Origin: Terriglobia bacterium
GTDB taxonomy: Bacteria > Acidobacteriota > Terriglobia > JAJPHL01 > JAPKYU01
Length of the DNA stretch: 64,000 bases
Assembly (NCBI GenBank): GCA_965206645.1
Contig: CBDBKE010000003.1
Location: 320,001-384,000, forward strand
Direction: 5' to 3'
A model generated the notes under the pieces. That model did not search any database and was not told the DNA's origin. It saw nothing but the letters and a program-made list of their open reading frames with translations. The position numbers and the translations under genes are program-made. This document shows positions 42,101 to 50,690 of this stretch, piece after piece (position 1 is the stretch's first letter; each line of letters begins with the position of its first letter).

Positions 42101-43162
42101 TTAGGCATGGCCTCGACGAAGACTGGGTTCTCCCAGCATCTGCTGCGCGGCGGCTAGCACTTCCTCGGTCTCTACGGCGCTCATGCAGCGATGGTCAATG
42201 GGACAATCGCGCAGCTTGCAGGGGCTGCACGGCACCGGCTTCTTGATGATCCGGACACAAGGGCCGAGCGGGGCGGTGGCCACTTCGTCCGTGGCTCCAA
42301 AGATCGCCAGCACCGGAACGCCGGCCGCTGCGGCCAGATGCATGGTGCCGGTGTCGTTGGTCAGAAACAGGTCGCAGCCTGCCACCAGCTCTAGAAATTC
42401 GCTCAAGCTGGTGCGGCCAGCAGTGGAAACTGCCGCCGGGCCAACGCTGGCGGCCACCTCCTCAGCCAGCCTGCGTTCCGAGGCAGCGCCGAACAGGACC
42501 ACGGCCGCGCCTTGCGCGGCCAGCGCCTGTCCCACCGCTGCGAACCGCGACGGGAACCAGCGCTTCGCCGTACCGAACGCGGCTCCCGGATTGATCCCGA
42601 CTACTGGGCCACGAAAGGCGTCGGGCAGACCAAAGTTCACCAGCTTGTCGCGGCCAATTTCTCGCGCGTGCGGCCGGGCCAGCCGGATCTGAGAGACCTG
42701 CGGCAGTTCAGGCAGCACGCCCAGGCGCCGCAGCAACTCCAGGTAGTAGTAGCACTCGTGCGGAGGAATCTCCCCCTGGCGCGGGACCGGGACCGCGTGG
42801 GTCAGCAACCAGGAGCGGCCGTCGCGGGCGTAGCCGCAGCGGACCGGAACCCGCGCCCAGCGGGCCAGCAGGGCGGCTTCGAAAGCGTTCTGGAACAGCA
42901 CCGCTGTCTCGAAGCGCTCCGTGCGCAGCGCGACGGCGGTCTGGCGCCAGCCCATGCTTCCATTGCTGGGATACAGCAGCAGGCGGTCGGCGACAGCTTC
43001 TCGCTCGAAGACGGTGCTGACCCAGGGCCGGGCCAGCAGGGTGATGTGGGCCGCCGGCAACGCTCGGCGCAACTCGCGCAGTGCCGGCAGAGTCATCACC
43101 GCATCGCCCACCCAGTTGGTGGCGCGCACCAGGATTTTCCGCGCTTCGAGCAGCCGGCTCAT
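42101..43162 (-). CDS. waaF: LPS heptosyltransferase II (GT9)
   Basis: ILVRATNWVGDAVM, NPGAAFGTAKRW, NDTGTMH, CSPC...CPIDHRCM. Confidence 0.9.
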   Translation of the reverse strand: MSRLLEARKILVRATNWVGDAVMTLPALRELRRALPAAHITLLARPWVSTVFEREAVADRLLLYPSNGSMGWRQTAVALRTERFETAVLFQNAFEAALLARWARVPVRCGYARDGRSWLLTHAVPVPRQGEIPPHECYYYLELLRRLGVLPELPQVSQIRLARPHAREIGRDKLVNFGLPDAFRGPVVGINPGAAFGTAKRWFPSRFAAVGQALAAQGAAVVLFGAASERRLAEEVAASVGPAAVSTAGRTSLSEFLELVAGCDLFLTNDTGTMHLAAAAGVPVLAIFGATDEVATAPLGPCVRIIKKPVPCSPCKLRDCPIDHRCMSAVETEEVLAAAQQMLGEPSLRRGHA

Positions 43163-44202
43163 TTGCGTACCAACCCCGCTACGCAATCTACCAGTTTGGC
43201 ACCCTGTTCCACCTCCAGTTCCATTCCCAGCACCCGCAGTGGCAGCTCCAGCCCGTTTCGGCAGGAGTCGGGCAGGTTGGCGGCGTCCTTCTCGGTGGTG
43301 ACGAGCGCTTCGGCGCCCACCCGGCGGGCGCGCTGCTCGAGTCGCCGCAGGTCGCGCGCCGTGTAGCGATGGTGGTCGCGAAACGGCTGCGTGCCCACGA
43401 CCCGAAACCCCGCCAGGCAAAGGTCGGCGAAGAAGGCCCTCGGATTGCCCACACCCGCAAACGCCAGAGCAGGCTGCGAGGACGCAGATGCGAGGCCTGG
43501 AACCGAAGGCTCAGCCGCCCCGACGTCGCCTGTCAGGCGCGTGCGCGCCCGGTAAATCTCGGCTTGCGGCGCCACGCCTCTCAGGCGCGCTTCCAGCTGC
43601 TCCCTGGCCGTCCAATCCTGCACTCGGGTTAACACGATAACTCCAGCGCGCCTCAAGGCCGAAGGTGACTCTCGCAGCCGACCAGCCGGTAGCAGGTCAT
43701 CCTCCCACGGTGGGCGCGTGCTGTCCACCAGCACGATGTCCAGGTCCCGGCCCAGTGCCAGATGTTGAAACCCGTCATCGAGCAGGTGCAGGTCCACTGC
43801 GCCCTTGGCTTCCAGTGCTCGTCCGGCCCGGAGGCGGTTCCCGTCAACGCCAACAGGTGCCAGCCCATGCCGCAGCATCACCTGTACTTCGTCGCCCGCG
43901 CTCACAGCGTCCGGCGTCCATGCTGCACCGTGGGCCGCGCGGGTGAACAGCAGCGTTTCCTCTCCGGCCGGACGCCGATAGCCGCGCGTCAGCACCGCAG
44001 GTCTCAGACCGTGCTCCACCAGCGCGGAGAAAAGCCAGATAACGAACGGCGTCTTCCCTGCTCCGCCTACTGAGAGGTTGCCGACGCTGACTACCGGGCG
44101 CTCCAGCCGTTGCTGGCGCCAAGTGCCCGAAGCGTACAGGCGGACGCGTGTGCGCGTGGCGAGGGACCACAGGCGTGCCGCCGGCCACAGGAGCAAGCTC
44201 AT
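43159..44202 (-). CDS. lpxK: Tetraacyldisaccharide 4'-kinase
   Basis: SVGNLSVGGAGKTP, LTRGY, LDDGFQH, LPAGRLRE, DHH, TTEKD. Confidence 0.96.
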   Translation of the reverse strand: MSLLLWPAARLWSLATRTRVRLYASGTWRQQRLERPVVSVGNLSVGGAGKTPFVIWLFSALVEHGLRPAVLTRGYRRPAGEETLLFTRAAHGAAWTPDAVSAGDEVQVMLRHGLAPVGVDGNRLRAGRALEAKGAVDLHLLDDGFQHLALGRDLDIVLVDSTRPPWEDDLLPAGRLRESPSALRRAGVIVLTRVQDWTAREQLEARLRGVAPQAEIYRARTRLTGDVGAAEPSVPGLASASSQPALAFAGVGNPRAFFADLCLAGFRVVGTQPFRDHHRYTARDLRRLEQRARRVGAEALVTTEKDAANLPDSCRNGLELPLRVLGMELEVEQGAKLVDCVAGLVRK

Positions 44203-45548
44203 AAGGTCCGCCCCGCGGCCACCTCAGCCGGTGCTGGCAGCAGCGCGGCCACGGCCTCGAGCACCCGTTCGGTGGCGCCGCGATTGGCTTCCAGCAACCG
44301 GCGACCGGCCTGCCCCATCGCCGCCGCGGCAACGGGATCGTCGAAAAGCTGCTCGATCGCGGGGAACAATTCGGCGCCCGATGCAACCTGCCGCAACGCG
44401 CCTGCCGCGCGAAATGCGTGCGTAATATCCCGGAAATTCTGCATGTATGGACCCACCACAACAGGACAGGCAAACTGCGCCGCTTCCAGGATATTCTGCC
44501 CGCCGTGCGGCACCAAACTGCCGCCCACAAACGCCACGGTGGCGTACCGATAGGCGGCGCCCAACTCGCCCACGCTGTCCAAGAGCAGCACGGCGGCCTC
44601 CGGGTCAATCTCTGCGTCTGACTCTGCGTCTGGCTCCGCGGCCGGCGCCGTGGTGAGCCGCGAGCGGCGTGCCAGGCGGAAGCCGCGCGCCGCGATCAGC
44701 TCAGCCACCTCTTCAAACCGCTCCGGGCGTCGCGGGGCCAGCAGGAGGCGCAACGCGGGCCGCTGCTCGCGAAGGCGCTGGAACGCCGCCAGCACGATTT
44801 CCTCTTCGCCGGCGGCGGTGCTACCGGCTACCAGTGCCCCCGGCGCAGTCCAGCGGCTGAGCTGCCGGTCCAGCCAATGCGGCAAGGGTGCAGCAGCTTC
44901 CCGATCAAATTTCAAGTTTCCCGCAACTCGGACACGCAAGGGATCCGCACCCAACCGCCGCAGGCGTTCGGCATCCACCTCCGACTGCGCCAGCAGCAGC
45001 GTCGCCTGGTTCAACACCTTCCGGACAAAGAGGCGGAAGAGGCGGTAGCCAGGAAATGAGTGGTCGGAGATGCGCGCATTCACCACCACCACTCGAGCTC
45101 CGCCCCTTGAGGCCTCGCGGAACAGGTTTGGCCAGAACTCGGTCTCCGCCACCAAGAGCACCGCCGGCCGCACGCGCCGCAGCACCCGCCGCACGAAAAA
45201 GCGGAAATCGAAGGGGCAGTAGAAAATGCCATCGGCCTCAAGCGCCCCAGTTTCCCGTCGCTGCTGCGCCGTGCGAAACCCTGTCTCAGTGGTGGTGGAA
45301 ACCAGCAGGGGCCGCTGCGGGAAGCGCCGCCTGAGCCCGGCCAGCAAGCTCTGGCAGGCCAGCACTTCTCCCACGGAAACCGCATGGAGCCACAGCGCGG
45401 CTCCTGGGGTGCGGGCCGTCTCCGGCACCCAGCCCAGCCGCGCGCGGAGGCTGCCCAGATATTTTCCGTGGCGCAGGCCCTGCACCAGAAAGTAAGGGAA
45501 CATCACCAGGGCAGCCAGGGCCAGCAGGAAACTGTAGAGCAGGTACAT
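44199..45548 (-). CDS. waaA: Kdo transferase
   Basis: WLHAVSVGE, ETEFWPN, NARIS, GNLKFD, PRRPERF, FVGGSL, GGQNILE. Confidence 0.96.
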   Translation of the reverse strand: MYLLYSFLLALAALVMFPYFLVQGLRHGKYLGSLRARLGWVPETARTPGAALWLHAVSVGEVLACQSLLAGLRRRFPQRPLLVSTTTETGFRTAQQRRETGALEADGIFYCPFDFRFFVRRVLRRVRPAVLLVAETEFWPNLFREASRGGARVVVVNARISDHSFPGYRLFRLFVRKVLNQATLLLAQSEVDAERLRRLGADPLRVRVAGNLKFDREAAAPLPHWLDRQLSRWTAPGALVAGSTAAGEEEIVLAAFQRLREQRPALRLLLAPRRPERFEEVAELIAARGFRLARRSRLTTAPAAEPDAESDAEIDPEAAVLLLDSVGELGAAYRYATVAFVGGSLVPHGGQNILEAAQFACPVVVGPYMQNFRDITHAFRAAGALRQVASGAELFPAIEQLFDDPVAAAAMGQAGRRLLEANRGATERVLEAVAALLPAPAEVAAGRTL

Positions 45549-45672
45549 CTGTTCCGGGCGAAAGGTAAAACGGAAACTGGCGAAAATGGTTGTTCTACCG
45601 GTCCGGCCCTCATTATATCTTGCCGAGCAACTCTATCTTGCTGAACTAACGTCCCGTTCCCATAATTGGTTG

Positions 45673-46371
45673 ATGACTCGACACCGGCGGCCCAGGCTGC
45701 GGCTCAGGCTAAGGATTCGCGGTTGGGTTGCTTTGCTGGGAGTGGCGCTGTGGGCCTGTGGCGCTGTGGCCGGCGAGAAGGAGCGCCTGGCGTTCCGTGC
45801 CAAGCCGGCGGAAGCCTATCCGGCACGCGACGCGCACGAGGGGTTAATCGCGGCCGCCGAACCGTTCGAGACCCGCCAGAAAGCTAAACCGGTTTTCGGA
45901 AAGCCCAATCTGGCGAAAGCGGGCATCCTGCCGGTGCTGGTGGTGATTGCCAACACGACGGACAAGACGGTGCGCCTGGATGACCTTTTGGTGCAATTGC
46001 TGACGCGGGACCGGCAGAAGATCGAGCCCACCCCGGCGGAGGTTGTGGTTCAACGGCTGACGGGGAAAGGGAAACAGCCGCGCCGAACGGTGCCCTACCC
46101 ACTGCCGCGCTTGCCCGGCGGGTCACGGGCAAACGTAGTCATGGAAGTGCTGGTTCACGAGTTCAACATGCGCCTGCTGCCGCCGGAGTCCACGGCTAGT
46201 GGCTTCTTCTACTTCGAGACCGGGAGTGGTAGGGACTGGCTGTCCGGTTCCAAGCTCTACCTCACCCAGCTTGTCTGGGCCCACAACTCACAGCCGCTGA
46301 TGTATTTCGAAATCAGCCTGGACGACGCCCTTCGCGGCCGACCGCCCTCCAGCTCCGGCCGCAAGCCGTAA
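45673..46371 (+). CDS. Hypothetical exported protein; start uncertain
   Basis: Long ORF with a signal-like N-terminus and typical codon usage. Confidence 0.6.
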   Translation: MTRHRRPRLRLRLRIRGWVALLGVALWACGAVAGEKERLAFRAKPAEAYPARDAHEGLIAAAEPFETRQKAKPVFGKPNLAKAGILPVLVVIANTTDKTVRLDDLLVQLLTRDRQKIEPTPAEVVVQRLTGKGKQPRRTVPYPLPRLPGGSRANVVMEVLVHEFNMRLLPPESTASGFFYFETGSGRDWLSGSKLYLTQLVWAHNSQPLMYFEISLDDALRGRPPSSSGRKP

Positions 46372-46454
46372 CAATGCGCTGATTGCTCTTGAACCCTGTT
46401 GGCTGCAAGCAGGCGCTGGCCTGATGGCAACGATCGCGCCACCGATTTCTTTGG

Positions 46455-46483
46455 TTGACAAGGTGCGGGGTGGGTGCTATAAA
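46455..46483 (+). promoter_or_regulatory. Sigma70 promoter of the HU gene
   Basis: TTGACA-17bp-TATAAA with an extended TG. Confidence 0.75.
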
Positions 46484-46530
46484 CCCGCCGCAATCTGCTT
46501 TACCGCTGTAACAACCAGGAGGATGTCTTC

Positions 46531-46815
46531 ATGAATAAGGGAGACTTGATTGAGCGGGTTTCGAACGATGCTGGCATCAGCAAGGTGCAGGCCAACCGCG
46601 CCCTGGACGCGCTGGTAGAAGGCGTTACCGGCGCTCTCAAGAAGGGAGGCCGGGTAACCCTGGTCGGGTTTGGCACCTTTTCCACTTCTCACCGCAAGGC
46701 GCGCACCGGACGCAATCCACAGAACGGACGGCCACTGAAGATCGCCGCCCGGCGCGTGGCCAAGTTCGCGCCCGGCGCCGAACTGAAAGCCGCAGTCAAC
46801 AGGAGCAAGAAGTAG
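46531..46815 (+). CDS. hup: DNA-binding protein HU
   Basis: MNKGDLI, VTLVGFGTF, RTGRNPQ, FAPGAELK. Confidence 0.96.
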   Translation: MNKGDLIERVSNDAGISKVQANRALDALVEGVTGALKKGGRVTLVGFGTFSTSHRKARTGRNPQNGRPLKIAARRVAKFAPGAELKAAVNRSKK

Positions 46816-46923
46816 CTTCCCACCATTGGGTCGCGGAAGGACGCGCAGAGTCATGCTCTGAGGCGTCGTGCCGCGACCTCTCGCTGGGGAAAATCCCCCT
46901 TCCCCCTCCCTGGCCGCGAGCCA

Positions 46924-47631
46924 TTGGAACAGCGGGTCACCATCGCCGTTCCCGGCGCGGTTCCCGGGGCCGAGCGCGTCTCGGCGGCCTTGGCCGGAGA
47001 GCCCGCCTCACGCACCATCGCCGTGTTTGCCCACGGCGCGGGCAGCGGCATGGATTCCGAGTTCATGCGGGTGTTCCACGACGGCCTGGCTGAGCGCGGC
47101 TGCTTGGCGGTGCGCTTCAATTTCCCTTACAAGGAAGCCAAACGGAAACTGCCAGACCGGCGGCCACTGTTGGAAACCTGCTATCGTGCCGCGGCCGACT
47201 TCGCGCGCGGGCAATCGAAGCTGCCTGCCCCTCGACAGCCGAAAATTGTGCTAGGCGGCAAGTCCATGGGCGGGCGCATCGCCTCCCATCTGGTCGCCGC
47301 CGGCTACCCCGCCCACGCGCTGGTGTTTCTGGGTTATCCGCTCCACCCGCCCGGCAAGCCGCAGCAGATCCGGGACCAGCACCTGTACTCCATTCGCTGC
47401 CCGATGCTATTCCTGTCCGGGACCCGAGATGCCTTTGCCCAAAGGGATTTGTTGGTCCCGGTCGTCGAACGGCTCGCCGGCAGTGGACCCGGACGCCGTG
47501 CCACGTTGGTCTGGATTGAGGACGGAGACCACTCCTTCCGCGTCCGCGGCCGGCCGCAGACACAGGTCTACACCGAAGCGCTGGACACCATCGTTGGCTG
47601 GCTGACGCAGGTACTGAAACCTGAGAGCTGA
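46924..47631 (+). CDS. Alpha/beta hydrolase (KANL3/Tex30-like)
   Basis: AHGAG, RFNFPY, GGKSMGGR, LGYPLHPPGK, GTRD, GDH. Confidence 0.9.
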   Translation: MEQRVTIAVPGAVPGAERVSAALAGEPASRTIAVFAHGAGSGMDSEFMRVFHDGLAERGCLAVRFNFPYKEAKRKLPDRRPLLETCYRAAADFARGQSKLPAPRQPKIVLGGKSMGGRIASHLVAAGYPAHALVFLGYPLHPPGKPQQIRDQHLYSIRCPMLFLSGTRDAFAQRDLLVPVVERLAGSGPGRRATLVWIEDGDHSFRVRGRPQTQVYTEALDTIVGWLTQVLKPES

Positions 47632-47651
47632 GACCTGAGAGGTGGGACCGA

Positions 47652-48182
47652 CTACTTGGCGCCTTTGAAAGCCTTCGCCAGTACCCCGGCCACGGAAATC
47701 ATAGTGGTGAGGTCTTTGATGGTGAAATCAGGACCCGATGCCGGGGCAGTCTTGCCCTTGCGAGAGACCTGGACCACCCCTACCGCCTTGCCATCCACCA
47801 CCAAAGGTGCGCTCATGATCTTCTGAATGGGGCTGCCCTTGGTCTCGGAGCTCAGCTCGATGGCCTCAAAAATTGTCGGGTGTTTTTGGGCGGGGAAATT
47901 GTTGATCATCTCCGGCCGCTTCTCGCGTACGGTCCGCACCGCCAGCGAGGCGGTGCTGGTCATCGGGATGCTGCCCACTTTTTGCAGCTTTAACGGATAG
48001 ATAAAGGAAAGCACGGCCCCGCTGTGGGTCAGGTGCAGGACGGCCACTTCGTCCAATTTCACAAGGAAGGCCTTGGAGAGTTCGGCGACAATTTTTCCCA
48101 GAACCTGCCCGGACAGACCCCCTCCGGACTTGGCGGCTTCATCAACCAGTCTGGACAACCCTGCAGTCAGTGCGGCACCCAT
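47652..48182 (-). CDS. Stand-alone GAF-domain protein
   Basis: IMSAPLVVDGKAVGVVQVSRK...DFT--DL GAF signature. Confidence 0.7.
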   Translation of the reverse strand: MGAALTAGLSRLVDEAAKSGGGLSGQVLGKIVAELSKAFLVKLDEVAVLHLTHSGAVLSFIYPLKLQKVGSIPMTSTASLAVRTVREKRPEMINNFPAQKHPTIFEAIELSSETKGSPIQKIMSAPLVVDGKAVGVVQVSRKGKTAPASGPDFTIKDLTTMISVAGVLAKAFKGAK

Positions 48183-48217
48183 AATGTCCTCCCGGGGAGC
48201 GCCCCATTTTATAGCGG

Positions 48218-48251
48218 AAAGAAGCTACCAAACAAAAGAAGCTACCAAACA
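48218..48251. repeat. Perfect 17-bp tandem duplication upstream of the GAF gene
   Basis: aaagaagctaccaaaca twice. Confidence 0.85.
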
Positions 48252-48322
48252 AGGGTAACTGATCATCCGCAACCGTGCCCTTCCGGGGTGGTAGGCCCCG
48301 GGGGGCTCATCGGGTGTTGACC

Positions 48323-49177
48323 TCAGTCGAAAACAACGGTCTTGTTCCCGTAAGTCAACACTCGATGAGCCAGATGCAGGCGCACTGCGCGGGCCAGAAC
48401 CACTCGTTCCAGATCCTTCCCCTTGCGAATCAGATCCTGGACTGAGTCACGGTGGCTCACGCGCGCGACTTTCTGTTCAATGATCGGACCTTCATCCAGA
48501 TCCATTGTCACGTAGTGAGAGGTGGCTCCGATCAGCTTCACGCCACGTTGGAAAGCCTGGTGGTAGGCTTGGCCCCTCGCAAAGGCCGGAAGAAAGGAAT
48601 GGTGGATATTGATGATCCGATTGGGAAAGGCGGCGACGAAATCCTCGCTCAGAATCTGCATATAGCGGGCCAGCACGATCAGGTCAATTCCTCTGGCCCG
48701 CAGCTCGCCGATCTCCCTGGCCTCCTGTTCCTTCTTGCTGGCCGCGGTAATGGGGAAGTGAAGGAACGGGATTCCGAACTCCTGCGCCACCGCATTGGCC
48801 TCCAGATGATTGCTGACGACCATTGCGATCTCGGCCTGGAACTCGCCGGCCCGGTGCCGGAGCAGTAGATCCTGGAGGCAATGCAGCATCCTGGAGGCGA
48901 AGATCGCGAGTTTCGGCGCGTCATCGCTGAAGTGGACCTCGAACTGTATCTGGTGCTCTTGGGCCAGCGGCTGAAAACGCGCGGCGATTTGCGCGCGTGG
49001 GATCTCGAACCCCTCCAGATCCCATTCCATCCGCGCCAGAAACACCCCGGTCTCGAGATCCGTGTGCTGGTCGGCGTCCAGAATGTTACCGCCGTGGCGA
49101 AAGATGAACCCGGAGATCTTGGCCACGAGCCCCTTCTGGTCGGGGCAGAAGACTAACAACGTCGCGGTCTCGCGCAT
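48323..49177 (-). CDS. purU: Formyltetrahydrofolate deformylase
   Basis: CPDQKGLVA ACT domain, LARYMQIL, INIHHSFLP, GATSHYVT, LDEGPIIEQ. Confidence 0.96.
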   Translation of the reverse strand: MRETATLLVFCPDQKGLVAKISGFIFRHGGNILDADQHTDLETGVFLARMEWDLEGFEIPRAQIAARFQPLAQEHQIQFEVHFSDDAPKLAIFASRMLHCLQDLLLRHRAGEFQAEIAMVVSNHLEANAVAQEFGIPFLHFPITAASKKEQEAREIGELRARGIDLIVLARYMQILSEDFVAAFPNRIINIHHSFLPAFARGQAYHQAFQRGVKLIGATSHYVTMDLDEGPIIEQKVARVSHRDSVQDLIRKGKDLERVVLARAVRLHLAHRVLTYGNKTVVFD

Positions 49178-49904
49178 GGGGACGGTTCGACAGATGCTTC
49201 CTCAGATCGTCTCGCGAGGAAACGATGTGCTCGGTCATGGCCCGCCGCGCTTCCTCGGGGTCACCTTTCTTGAGGGCCCGCAAGATTTTCTTGTGCTCGG
49301 CGAGGGAAACAGCGGCTCGCCGGGTCGAGTCGCTGGCCGGGGAAGACGCCAGGGTCTCCCGGATAAAGGCCTGCAGATAGCCCCGGATGGTGGTCAGCAG
49401 GTTGTGTAGGATCGAGTTCTGCGTCGCCCGGGCGATGCCCAGGTGGAACCGCAGGTCACTTTCCAGGTATTTCTCTGGATCGGCCAGCGATTTCTCCATG
49501 CCCTGAAGGGCCACTTCGATGTCGCGCAGGTCTTTCTTCGTTGCCTTCTGGGCAGCCAGATCGGCCGTTTGCGACTCCAGCATCAACCGGGTTTCCACCA
49601 GGTCCTCGACTACCTTGCGGTCCAGCAGCAGGCCCCACTGAAAGACCCGCTCCAGATAGCGGCCCGGGTCGAGGCAAACGAAGGTTCCTTCGCCCGGGTG
49701 CGATTCCAGGATCCCCATCACCGAGAGCGACCGCAGTGCCTCCCGAACCGACGTCCGGCCCACGCGGAACTGCCGGCACAGCTCCTTCTCTGAAGGGATG
49801 TGGTCGCCCGGCTTGAAAACGCTGCTCGCAATCAGAGCAGTGATCTGCTCGACGATGCCCTCGCTGAGCAACCTGCGGGCGACTGGCTGGAGAGACTCAA
49901 CCAT
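49086..49904 (-). CDS. GntR/FadR-family transcriptional regulator
   Basis: PSEKEL...VGRTSVREAL wHTH; FCD domain with D-RFH, TQN, EH--IL. Confidence 0.93.
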   Translation of the reverse strand: MVESLQPVARRLLSEGIVEQITALIASSVFKPGDHIPSEKELCRQFRVGRTSVREALRSLSVMGILESHPGEGTFVCLDPGRYLERVFQWGLLLDRKVVEDLVETRLMLESQTADLAAQKATKKDLRDIEVALQGMEKSLADPEKYLESDLRFHLGIARATQNSILHNLLTTIRGYLQAFIRETLASSPASDSTRRAAVSLAEHKKILRALKKGDPEEARRAMTEHIVSSRDDLRKHLSNRPHARDRDVVSLLPRPEGARGQDLRVHLSPRR

Positions 49905-49926
49905 CGGCTTTACACCTTCCTGGGGC

Positions 49927-49978
49927 TTTACAGCTTGCTGCCAACTGGGGTATACTAAGGTGTCAGCTTAGCAGACAA
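49927..49978. promoter_or_regulatory. Divergent promoter region with a candidate operator
   Basis: + strand TTTACA(49927)-18bp-TATACT(49951); TGTC-N9-GACA inverted repeat at 49961-49977. Confidence 0.5.
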
Positions 49979-50041
49979 GCAGGCAGGATGTCAAACGTGA
50001 CTCCCTGCCGGCCGGCACTCTCTGCCAGGAGGATCCTGACT

Positions 50042-50674
50042 ATGGGCCGAACGCTGGATCTGGGTAACCGCGTCGAACTGGTCTCGATGGATCCCCATTG
50101 CCAGGACATCACCGTTGCTCTCTATCGCCAGGATGGCGGTCACCAGCCGGAATACTTGGTGCACAGCTACAGCCGGCTGGAAGGCGTTCGCGAACGAGTC
50201 GAATTTCTGGCCCGGGCGCTCGAGAAGCTGGCGGGGGCGGAGCGGACGGACGCTCGGCTCCGCTTCTCCTGTGGCTCGGCGCACCAGGCTGGGGCCAAGC
50301 GTGGTTTTCTGGAGGCATGCAAGCTGCCCTCCACCGCGGCGCTCGAACCGAGGCCGCTCTCCGCCCTGGACAAACGGTCGGGCCGAAACATCGCCGTGGC
50401 GAGTCTGGGGGCGGGCGTCTACCAGCTGACGGCAGACGGGCCCAAGGAAGACAAGTCTAAGCGGGTGGAAGCCATCGCAGCCGGATTCCGGAAGCTAGCC
50501 GAGATGTCACCGGTGGAAGGCAGCGCCGACCGGGTGGCATTCCCCTGCGGGCAGATCCACGATGCGCTGGTCGGGTTGTTGCTTGTTCGCGCCTTGAACC
50601 TGCGCGCGGTGTTGCGCGAAGATGAGGCAGCTACCTCCCGTGGCCAGCTGGTAGCACCGAGCCAGCAAAAGTAA
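50042..50674 (+). CDS. Hypothetical protein with internal duplication (two F-x-CG-x-x-H motifs)
   Basis: First ORF of the methyl-transfer operon; FSCGSAH and FPCGQIH. Confidence 0.8.
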   Translation: MGRTLDLGNRVELVSMDPHCQDITVALYRQDGGHQPEYLVHSYSRLEGVRERVEFLARALEKLAGAERTDARLRFSCGSAHQAGAKRGFLEACKLPSTAALEPRPLSALDKRSGRNIAVASLGAGVYQLTADGPKEDKSKRVEAIAAGFRKLAEMSPVEGSADRVAFPCGQIHDALVGLLLVRALNLRAVLREDEAATSRGQLVAPSQQK

Positions 50675-50690
50675 TTCTAAGGAGAATGAG

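Noticed and set aside
44610-44645. 12-bp repeats in waaA encoding AEPDAESDAE
   Set aside because: In-frame short loop expansion with no frame-switching potential
49905-50041. Cobalamin or SAM riboswitch upstream of the corrinoid operon
   Set aside because: No B12-box or SAM core motifs seen, and little room after the promoter
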